A stretch of DNA of 64,000 bases from Azolla caroliniana. Lineage: Eukaryota > Plantae > Polypodiophyta. The DNA is taken from positions 18,166,001 to 18,230,000 of the forward strand of contig JBHGNT010000003.1 in the NCBI GenBank assembly GCA_043228905.1, given 5' to 3'. Shown one piece after another: positions 1-9,799 of the stretch. Both the position numbers and the translations under genes were made by a program. Position 1 is the stretch's first letter; each line of letters begins with the position of its first letter. Under the pieces are notes generated by a model. It worked only from the letters and a program-made list of their open reading frames with translations, was not told the origin of the DNA and ran no database searches.

Positions 1-1295
1 TTAGGAGAGATTCCTTCTTTCCGCATTCGAATGAAGCATTCCATAGCTTCACAAACAAGGCCATGTTGGGCATACCCACAAATCATTGCACTCCAAGCCA
101 CAATATCTCGTACTCGAATCTCTTCGAAGACTTCCTTTGCTTTTCCTATTTCCCCACATTTTACATACATATCCAGCAATGTTGTGCCGAGTGATGTGTC
201 CTTTTGTAATAACCCCTCCTTTCGGATCTTCTTATGTATCTCATAACCTCTCTCGAGGGAACCGGTATTACCACAAGCTTTTAAGATACAAGCCAAAGTG
301 ACATTGTCGGGATGAACTCCTTCCTCCTGCATTCGAACAAAAAGCTTTAAGATTTCATCAAAGCGCCCGAGATGGGCATATCCATCCATTAGCACATTCC
401 ATGATACTACATCCTGTTTGGGAAGATTGTAGAATATTTCCTTTGCCTTTTCCATCATGCCACATTTTGCATACATATCCATTAAAGTGGTACCAAGCAC
501 AAGATCTTTATGCAGAAGACCCTTTTTATGAACCTCTTCATGGATTTTTTCTCCTATGTCAAGAGATCGTGTGCCACTGCAAGCTTTGAGAATATATGCA
601 AAAGTAATTGAATCCGGACATATTCCTTCACCTCGCATTTGCACAAAATAGTTCAAAGCTTTGTCATTGAGGTTATTTCGAATATACCCACCAATCAATG
701 TGTTCCAAGTTACAACATTTCTCTTCGGGAGCCTATCGAATACCTGTTGTGCCTTTTCTTGCTTACCACATTTCGCATACATATCTACCAGTGTGTTTCC
801 GAGGATAACATCTTTTTCTAACAACCCTCGTTTACAGACTTCATCATATATCTCTTCTCCTATGTGTAGACATCTTACCCTACTACAAGCATGCAGAACA
901 CATGAGAAAGTGACTGAATCAGGGGTAAAGTCCTCAAATCGCATCTTTCTGAAGCAAACCAGAGCTTCTTCGAAAAGCTGAAGCTCCACATAACTGCATA
1001 TCAATGCATTCCACGACACCACGCTTCGAACCGGAAGGCTTTTGAATGTGTCTTCAGCTTCTCTGATGCTATTACATCTAGAATACATACGAATCAATGC
1101 CGTGCTTACATAAAGGTCCTTTACAAGAGTGCGATGAGCGGTCGCAATATCAGAGTGAAGCTTCCTGGCTTTGAACAAATCCTTTTGTTTCCCGCAATGG
1201 CTTATCAAGTCTAGAATAGCTTTCCTCTGTTCTCTTGCATCAAAGAGATGCAGAGGCACCTCCTCAACGCTAAGACCTTTGAATTCTATATTCAT
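1..1295 (-). CDS. PLS-class pentatricopeptide repeat protein (5' part; C-terminus lies beyond window start), probable organellar RNA-editing/processing factor
   Basis: Manual minus-strand translation from ATG 1295 (MNIEFKGLSV...) gives tandem P/L/S motifs with no stop in the stretches translated: VSTALIRMYSRC, VVSWNALICSY, PDSVTFSCVLHAC, LGNTLVDMYAKCG, DVVSWNVLMDGY, DIVAWSAMICGYAQHG. It is absent from the ORF track because its stop is outside the window. In-frame TGA at 1320-1322 upstream. Confidence 0.93.
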   Translation of the reverse strand, partial: MNIEFKGLSVEEVPLHLFDAREQRKAILDLISHCGKQKDLFKARKLHSDIATAHRTLVKDLYVSTALIRMYSRCNSIREAEDTFKSLPVRSVVSWNALICSYVELQLFEEALVCFRKMRFEDFTPDSVTFSCVLHACSRVRCLHIGEEIYDEVCKRGLLEKDVILGNTLVDMYAKCGKQEKAQQVFDRLPKRNVVTWNTLIGGYIRNNLNDKALNYFVQMRGEGICPDSITFAYILKACSGTRSLDIGEKIHEEVHKKGLLHKDLVLGTTLMDMYAKCGMMEKAKEIFYNLPKQDVVSWNVLMDGYAHLGRFDEILKLFVRMQEEGVHPDNVTLACILKACGNTGSLERGYEIHKKIRKEGLLQKDTSLGTTLLDMYVKCGEIGKAKEVFEEIRVRDIVAWSAMICGYAQHGLVCEAMECFIRMRKEGISP

Positions 1296-1622
1296 GAAGC
1301 AAGCATACACCTCGGATTCTCAAACTTTAACACAGAGCAGAGAATTGTGAAAGGGAATAACTTTGCAATTGTTGTGGTGTCAGGACTCAGTACCATAGTT
1401 GGATCCTGGAATGGCATGGCATGGCTACAAATCCTGGAACAGGGTAAGGTCTGGGGCCAACCCAACATTTGACTTTTGGTCTCCCGAATTACCATCCAAT
1501 GATCCAATCCTCACATAAATTCATAAATATGTCCGGGAAGTATTGGGCCTGACCACTTTCATCTTAACTCAGATCGATTTTTGCCACTAATGATTCCCAC
1601 GATTTCTTAACTTTGTCATCAT

Positions 1623-2037
1623 TAACAATCTACAACAGTTCAGTTCGGTTCGGTTCGAGAGTGTCAAAACCGAACCGTTTAAAAAATTTGAAACTTCAAT
1701 CGAACCATGAAATCGTTAAAACCGAGCTGTTTAAAAAATAAAATAAAACCGTTAAAACTGCGGTTTCGGTTTTCAACTTAGGTCAAAATGCAAATTTTAA
1801 AAATTTAAAATATTTCACTATTTAAAATTTCCAAAAATTTGAAGATTTTCCTAAAATGTGAGAATAAGGCTTGAAAATGAAAAGATTGTCAAATTTTTTT
1901 TTCAAATAAAAAAAAAGTTAAAAAAGTTAAAAAGTTAAACCAAACCGAACCGTTGAAAAAAACTTGAACTTAGAACCAAACTGTGAAACTGAACCGTTGT
2001 CGATCAAAATGTGAAACTGAACCATTGTCGATTGTTA
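1623..2037. mobile_element. Non-autonomous hAT-type MITE
   Basis: Terminal inverted repeats TAACAATC(T/G)ACAA, perfect 8-bp TSD GTCATCAT (1615-1622 / 2038-2045), subterminal AACCG/CGGTT arrays, AT-rich core. Confidence 0.88.
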
Positions 2038-2124
2038 GTCATCATCACAATTGTGAAATGTAACGTGCGGAAACTATATGAAACACAGAATACCAATGGG
2101 GAAGACATAGGTTTAATGGAGAGC

Positions 2125-5100
2125 TTAAGATCGAGGCGTCTCCGAATCAAACATCAGAGTTGAATCAGTTGCCTCCGATTCATCTCCGCTTTTGTCCGAA
2201 TTGGCTGTCTCCAATTCGTCCTCAATCTTGGCCTTCTCGCCCTTGTTGGCTTCCTCTCCCCCATGTTTGGCTGACTCCGGCTCTTTCTTTCGGCTGCTAC
2301 CCTCTCGTCCGCTTTTGGACTCTTCCACGAACCTGCCTTTGGATTCTTCAGCTGACACTAAATCGAATTCGTCATCCGATTTGGTGTCGTGGTCACTTCC
2401 GCTCCTTTCCTGCTCCTTTCCGTGGTCATGTGGGACTTTTCTCCCCCTCTGAAGTTCGACTTCACCAGAGAGGACACGCTCGCAAACAAAGTGGTAGTGC
2501 ACCTCAATGTGCTTCGTCTGGGCGTGGAAGACGGGGTTCTTCGCAAGTTGGATGTTGTTGAGGTTGTTGCAGTACATCGTCGTCGGACCGGGCACCTCCT
2601 CCTGTAGATCCTTAAGCAGCCTCTTCAGCCATATGGCTTCACATGTTGCGACAACTGCTCCTCGATACTTGGCCTCTGTGCTCCATAGTGCAACTGTCGG
2701 CTGCTTCTTGCTACTCCACGTGATCGCAACGCTCCCAAGGGAGAACGCGAATCCGGATGTGGATCGGCGATCGCCGACGTTTCCGGCCCAGTCGGCATCC
2801 GTATAGCCGACTAGTTGCACGACAGTACTGGTCCGATATAGTAGACCCCGATCCTTAGTGCCACTGACGTACTTGAGTACGCGTTGCGCGCACTGAAGGT
2901 GCTCCTTGGTTGGCCGCACCATGTACTGACTAATCAAGCCGACTGGGTAACTGAGGTTCGGCTGTGTGATAGTCAAGTATATGAGGCTTCCGACAATCTG
3001 TCGGAACCTTTCCGGGTTGTAGACCTTTCCGGAGTCGGGGCGAAGCTTCATAGTTTTGTCCAAAGGAGTTCATATGGACTTACAGTCTGCCATCCCGAAC
3101 TTGAAGAGCATACTCAACACGTAATGCCATTGGCTTATCAATATGCCTTCGGGGGTTTAGATCACTTCGATCCTGAGAAAGTAATGAAGGTCCCCCAGGT
3201 CCTTCATATCAAATGATGCCGCAAGCTGGAGTTTTATGCGGTCAATTTCACCTAAGTCGACACCGACGATGACCAAGTCATCAACATAAAGTAAAATATT
3301 AACCATCCCAATTCGACCTTGTCAGATGAACAATGAAGAGTCTGATTTGGACGTCGCAAATCCCATCCGACGCAATCGATGCGTGATCTTTGCGTTCTAG
3401 GCACGTAGGGCTTGCTTTAGTTCGTAAAGGGACTTCTTTAACCGACATACCGTCGAAGTGTTCGTTCCGGAGTGAAATTCTGGGGGTTGTACCATGTACA
3501 CTTGTTCCTTAAGCTCACCTTGTAGGAATGCATTCTTTACATCCATCGATGTAAGTGCCACCCCTTCGCCGCAGCTACCACAAGCAAAACACGGATTGTC
3601 GTCATCTTCGCGACCGGTGCAGACGTCTCATCATAATCGATGTCGTGTTGCTGCACGTAGCCTTTTGCCACTAACCGGGCCTTGTATCGGTTGACCGAGC
3701 CGTCGGTGTTGTACTTGACCTTGTACACCCACCTGCATCCAATAGGCTTTACACCCTTGGGGGCGTCAACCAGGTCCCATGTTTCATTCTCCTCAAGTGT
3801 GTTCATCTTCTTCCTTTGCCGCTTCTACGTAGCTCTCCAGCTCACATACTTCCGCTACACATGTCATGTACGCATAGTGATGCGCCATGTACTCATTGTC
3901 TCTGAACCACATAACAGGGTTCTTTTGGCCGGTAGATCGGCGTAATTGCTCATTAGCCAATGTGTTGAGGCTGTTTTGGCCTACGCGGGCTTCGCTCTTG
4001 AAGGCCCGTCATCGCTCTTCTCGGAGTCGGATTTGCGTCGATCCAATTCGTCCTTATCCGTGTTGTACTCCGACATCTTCTTCTTTCCCTTTTCTTTGCG
4101 TGTAAGCCGTCTCTTAGGCTTCCTACGTGTAGAATGCACGATCGAGTCTCCACTACTCGCCGACTCTTCATTTGACTGGTCAACCCGACTCAGTCGCTCA
4201 TTCGGTCCACTTAGCCAAAATGAGATCAGACTCTCTTCAAGAGTTTTGAGTTCGCGCTCATCAGGGGGCATCTCACCCTCACTGACCTTATCTTCAAAAC
4301 TCGGATTGGAGTTGAGGTCCGGAGTCGGGGGCAAATACCAAGATGCGGACTCATCGAACACAACATCGCGACTTACGCGACCTTGTTTGGTTTGGGGGTT
4401 ATAACACTTATAAACCTTATGTTCGTCCGAGTAGCCGACCAAGATACACTTCTCGGCTTTCGCGTCCAGCTTCCTCCGCTTCTCCTTCGACACATGTAGA
4501 TACACGATGCTATTGAAAACCCTCAAGTGTCGTAGATTCGGCTTCCTTTCGAAATACAGCTCATGTGCCGACACTTTTTCTCCAATTTGATTATGGATGT
4601 AGACCGCGGTTTGGACCGCTTCAGCCTAATAGAACTTGGGCATGCCCTTTTCTTCCAGCATTGCCCGCACCACTTCCACAACCGACCGATTCTTCCTTTC
4701 GGCTACGCTAGCTACGCCGTTTTGCTCCGACGTATACCTGCAACTGAATTCGCGCTGAATTCCCATTTGTTGCAGATAATTGTTGAATTGGTTGGAAAAG
4801 TACTCTTTTCTGCCATCCGACCGTAGGCACTTGATCTTCCTCCCTGTCTCCCTTTCGGCAAGATTTTTGAGGTTCCGGAAATAATCAAAGTCTTCACTCT
4901 TCTTTTCGATGAGATAGATCCATGTGTGCCGAGTGTAGTCGTGGATGAAGGAGACGAAATATCGATTCCCGCCAAGACTCACGTTCTGTGCCGGTTCCCA
5001 TACATCTGAATGTATCAAGTCAAGCTTATTTCGGCTCCGATTATGCTCGTTGGGGAAAGGAAGTCGATGTTTCTTACCTAGCTGGCAGGCTTCACAAATT

Positions 5101-5805
5101 TGGGCCTTTTGACCACTGAATTTTGGCAATCCGAACACAACTTGTTTCGATTGCAGGTCCTGAAGCCTTTGGTAGTTGACGTGGCCTATCTGCTTATGCC
5201 ACAAGTCGATATCCGACTCGACTTTTTGTCCTTTCGCGAACTTGGCGGTGCCTACGTCATCAGTGTCGAGGATGAACATCCTCCCATCTCTGTGCCCTTG
5301 CACAATAACTTGGCCTTCTTCGTCGATGAAGCACCTGAGATGCGTGAACCAGACTTGCATCCCGTGGTCGACGATCTTTTCGACCGACACAAGATTCTTC
5401 GTAATTGTCAGTTCGTGTAACGCGTTCATTAGCTTCCATTTTTGCCCGACGTGCATGAGGGGAACTTCACCGACGTGCAGAGTGTCGTCTCTTGTTGCGA
5501 CTACTCCCGGTTGTTCCGGTTTTTCCAAACATGAGAACCACTCTTTATGGCTCGTCATATGATTTGATGCTCCGAAGTCAATGTACCACACTTCGTCCGA
5601 TTTCAGGGTGGTCTTCTTCATCGAGTTCGCTTCGTGTCTTGTCACGAAGGCTACACCCTTTCCGACTTTTTCGGATCCTTCGGCGTAGTGCGACCGTTGC
5701 CAATTTCCTTGTTCGGTCGGTCCGGATCCGGATCTGGTTTTCTCCGAATCGGCGCGCTTCTTCCAGCACTCGCTCTCCTTGTGACCTTTCTTGCCACAAT
5801 ACCAG
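2125..5805 (-). mobile_element. Degenerate Ty1/Copia internal region (gag zinc knuckle, protease, integrase, RT, RNase H)
   Basis: ORF fragments: WYIDFGASNHMT (PR), LWHKQIGH...CEACQLGK, LIHSDVW, LRSDG (IN), WVYKVK...YKARLVAKG (RT), YTDADWAG...RRSTSG, TKHIEVHYHFV (RH). Many stops and frameshifts. Same family as the element at 61844-64000. Confidence 0.93.
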
Positions 5806-6200
5806 TGTTGGCCGACAAGAAAAAAAGGGCCGGTTAGAGTCCAGAAAAGGGATATTTAATTAGGAATAGGGATTGAAATTAATAAGTATTATGCTATTTT
5901 GAGAAGCGGACGAACAGACCCAGAATCGGTATGCCGATTCAGATTCGGACCGGATCGTTGCCGGTTGCCGGTTGGCACCAGTTTGTAACTCAGTCGGAGA
6001 CCTATAAAAGGACCCGACAAGAATGTAATCGACGACGGATAATTAATAGAAGAACTGATGTTTACGTATGTTAGTGTCTATCTGGTTATCGTCCTGTGCT
6101 TAATATCATTAATCTTACGTGTGGGTTACGTCTAATTAAGAGTGTCGGTTCTGGTTGTGGCGTGGCCTCTATTCTCGCCAGAAGCCCTTTCTAGATTGTT
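5806..6200 (+). mobile_element. LTR (fragment) inserted at the Copia gag zinc knuckle
   Basis: Starts TGTTGG where the minus-strand gag ...WYCGKKGHKESEC is cut. TATA-like CCTATAAAAG at ~6001. 3' boundary and PBS not clear. Confidence 0.6.
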
Positions 6201-6202
6201 GA

Positions 6203-7394
6203 CTACAACGACAACTCCTCTTGCTGTGCATGCTGCCCTAGTGAGGTAGGCAATTCAATCACAGGTTCTTGGACCACCGGCACTGCTGCTTCTTGCCGCA
6301 CATGTAGCTCCTCCATCGGTTCTGGTTGAACCGGTTCTGCCTCCTTCCTTGGCTCCGGTCCCTCGGAGCGGGGTGTCGGTGCGTTGTTCTTCACCGGACC
6401 CGATTTGTCCCCCTTCTGCTTTGCGTCGCTACGCTTCTAGTGACGCAGGAGGTTCTCGACGAGGTATTCCTCCGTCTCCTCCTCTTGGGTCCTGATATTG
6501 ATTTTCGTTGCCAAGGGGTCCGGCTCTTGTTCCTATCGACGCAACTTGATTTTCAGAGGCCTTACTGGTGGCTCTATCGGTGTCTTTGTCTCTGCTTGCC
6601 TCTTTCGGCTAGGCTGTTCTTTCCCTTGCTGCAAGGTAGTGCCCTCTTTCCATCCAGGTGTGTGCTTGGCCAGAAGTTGTTGCCATTTTGAAGGTTTGTT
6701 GGGCGTGGTCTCCGTTACTCGAACCCGCTTTTTAATCCTTACCGTCTCCACCGGGGGCGCCAAAAGAGTCAACCGTTGAGCCACAATCGTCCATAATTTC
6801 TTGCCGTTTTGCACTGATTCTATCACCGTCCACAAAAAATCGCCGATGATTACCGACCAATCCACTTGCACCCCTGTGTACATAGCAATGATGAAACCGG
6901 CTTTGTGCTTTGGCATTGTCGGGGGTCGGGGGTACACGAACCCATACTCGTGGAGGACACGAGCCACTTCTCTAAACAAGGGATCCTCGCCGCCCTGTGT
7001 CCGGTGAGCCTTACTAGCGGGGGAATACTCGCCAAAAAACTTGGTTAGTGTTTCAGGAGAAGGGTTCTCGATCGAGTAGATACCCCCTTCCGGTAGTCCG
7101 ATTAGCGCGCGGATTGCTTCCTTCGTTATGACCTCCGTGTCGATTTTCTGCACAACTTCTTTGGCTTCGTCGTGCGGCGGTGCCTCTGCTATCCTCAAGA
7201 AGCCTCCTAGCCCATGTTGGTTGAACCACTTCTTGGTTGTTTCAGGGAGTGCCACAGGTTCCATCTCGTCATCTGGTTCTACGGGGGTAGGTAGGGACGA
7301 TTTGTTTGTCTGTGCTTCTTGCGTTCGTCTGCTCACTTCTATTTTCCTCTGTGCGCTCAATGCTCTGTATTCGCGAAATGAAAGAGACTCTACG
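6203..7394 (-). pseudogene. Retrotransposon accessory (non-gag/pol) ORF, disrupted
   Basis: 298-aa ORF 6533-7429 with ITKEAIRALIGLPEGG and VQVDWSVII motifs resembling extra ORFs of plant LTR elements. Continues through probable CAG>TAG stops into an E/P/Q-rich tail. The first ~12 codons come from the adjacent inverted Copia piece. Confidence 0.55.
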
Positions 7395-8360
7395 AGGCTT
7401 CTTTTGATATGATGGCGTATGCCTCGCATTCGAAAACCCTCAGCTTGTCATAATTCGGCTTCTTGCCAGTCCATAATTCAAGAGGTACTTGAAGCTCAGG
7501 TCTTGAGAGCTCAGGTCCATGCTAGCTTTTCATTAGGAGGGTGGACACTCCAAAAGGGGAACCTCCTTCTTGCTCAAGGACCAAAAGTACATTCTCTATA
7601 CCCGCTATATGTCATACTAAGATAGAGTGACTTGTTCTTGGTTGATATTCCTGTGTTATCGTTATGGCATGGACGACTCGAACACCTCCGCAAGGCTGAC
7701 ATCACACATTTATCAAGGAGCCGGATATATCCCCAAACTCTCCTTCTTGGATCACCAGTTCTGTGAGCATTGTCAATATGGCAAGTAGGTTGCAACCTGA
7801 CACCCGATGGCATCACCAAGAGAATTAATTCCACTTGATTTAGTCCATTCAGACGTCTGTGGCCCGATGCCACATCAGTCCCTTGGTGGCACCTACTACC
7901 TTGTCAGTGTCATTGACGACTTGACCAGGAAAGTGTGGGATTACCAGCAAGAACCAAAGGTCGAGTGTTCTCGAACTTCCAGGAATGGCTTGCCATGGTA
8001 GAGAACCAGTTTAGTTGAAAGCTAAATTTCCTTCGAACTGATAATGGGGGAAATTTCAAGTCTGAAAAATTCGTCAAATTTTGTTGACAGCGCGATGTTC
8101 GACAGTCTGGAGCAGAATGGAGTTGCCGAACGAATGAATCAGACAATTCAGGAACGCGTAGTGTTCATGCTCCAACACTTCAGACTAAAGGATGGCTTTT
8201 GGGCAGAGGCCCTACTTACAACAGTACATATAATTAACATGTCGCCGAGTAGGCCTCTAGCTTCAAGTACCTCTTGAATTATGGACCGGCAAGAAGCCAA
8301 ATTATGACAAGCTGAGGGTTTTCGAATGCGAGGCATACGCCATCATATCAAAAGAAGCCT
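7395..8360. repeat. ~102-bp inverted duplication (7395-7496 / 8259-8360) bracketing a Copia integrase fragment
   Basis: Arms are near-perfect reverse complements; both strands give the peptide MPRIRKPSACHN in the ORF track. Confidence 0.9.
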
Positions 8361-8490
8361 ACCGCAAATTAGAACTGAGGTCTAGGAAATGTATTTTCCT
8401 TGGCTATGGACCAAACAGCAAGATCGGATACCGATTCTGGGACCTCGAGCATAGATAGATCGTCCGAAGTTCGGATGTAGTGTTCAAAGG
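7497..8490 (+). mobile_element. Copia GAG-pre-integrase/integrase fragment
   Basis: LVHSDVCGPM, LRTDNGG, QNGVAERMN, FWAEALLT motifs; frameshifted. Confidence 0.85.
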
Positions 8491-8654
8491 TCTGAGATCA
8501 AAGGTCTTGAGAGCTCAGGTACATGTCAGACATTGTGTAGTATTAATCTAGAACCACCTGGTACTTGCTTCGCTGATTGTTAAGGTATCAGGAAGAACTT
8601 CTTCCTCAACTGTTTGGTCAGTCGGCAAACCTTGTACTACGTAATCTTCATTTG

Positions 8655-9060
8655 TCAAATCTTTTGCAAACGATTTCCTCCATCATCTACCAATGTGATG
8701 AAGTATCGGTAGCCTTCTCGTGACCTTTCGGGCATTGGCCCACATATATCTGTGTGAACTAGTTCTTGGGGTTGTCGTACCGTCTCATAATGGAGAGAGT
8801 GCAGACTTTGGGTTTGTTTCCCGTAACGACAATGCTTCCAGAAGTCCATCTTCGACTTGCGACATATGGCCGAGTCGACCATGCCATAAGTTTGATTCAA
8901 AGAATCGGCTACGTTCAAAGCCCCTTCATTCTTATCGGCATCAATGGATACAAGTTGTTATACTTGCATCCGCTCCCGTTTTTTAGGTTTCCTCGGCTGA
9001 TCATCCATGATGACTCACTGAGAATCGTTCGGTACCCGTCCTCAGCTACCATGCCGATGG
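8655..9060 (-). mobile_element. Copia integrase-region fragment, interrupted at 9060 by an LTR
   Basis: ELVHTDICGPM...YRYFITLVDD; IGMVAEDGYRT...WMISRG. Confidence 0.8.
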
Positions 9061-9799
9061 TGTTGTGATTCAATCCCTGAGATTCGTGAGGAAGACCAAC
9101 TATGAAATACACAATAACGCAGAAACAGAAAACAACAAATGCACAGAATACACAATTTTAAGTGGAAACCCTAAATAGGGAAAACCAAAAGAACAGAGGT
9201 CCACTATACAATAGAGAATGTGAAGGAGACAGTATACAACACTCTCTCTACACATAGTGTATAAGCCACGCAGGGCTCTTGGCGTCTAAGCTAACATAGC
9301 TATGGCACCGCTCTCTCTATCACACACTCTCTCTTCTCTCTGCCACTCACACCTACAAGAACTCTACACTATTCTACTCTTTTTGTTACTTCTCACTCTA
9401 GTTTTCCCTAGTGCATTTATACTTATACACACTATGGGCTATTTACAAATATGAATGTTTCTATTATTATCTAACTAAAAATCAATAATAGTCGTTAATC
9501 AGCCGACTAATTGACTAGTCGATTCAACTAGCTAACTCCAGTGTCATTGACTAGTCGATTAGTCGTTAATCAGCCGACTAATGGACTAGTCGATTAGTCG
9601 GCCTTGTCATTGATCATCCATTCGGCCCGACTAGTCGGTTGTGTCTTCAACTTGGATCACTTACTATACTGTCGACTCCTCCTTGTCATCGACTATCGGC
9701 TCTCATCCTGACCAATCAGCTACTCCTTGTCTTCGATTGTCAGCTCTCACTCTCAGCCGAACAGTCGGCTCCTCCCACAGGAGGGACATATTCCTAACA
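9061..9799 (-). mobile_element. 3' LTR of the Copia element at 9800-13620
   Basis: Minus strand TGTTAGG...CACAACA, preceded by PPT AGGGGGAG (~9802-9810). Internal tandem repeats TAGTCGTTAATCAGCCGACTA at ~9490-9600. Confidence 0.8.

Noticed and set aside
31-981. Several short plus-strand ORFs
   Set aside because: Antisense shadows of the PPR coding sequence.
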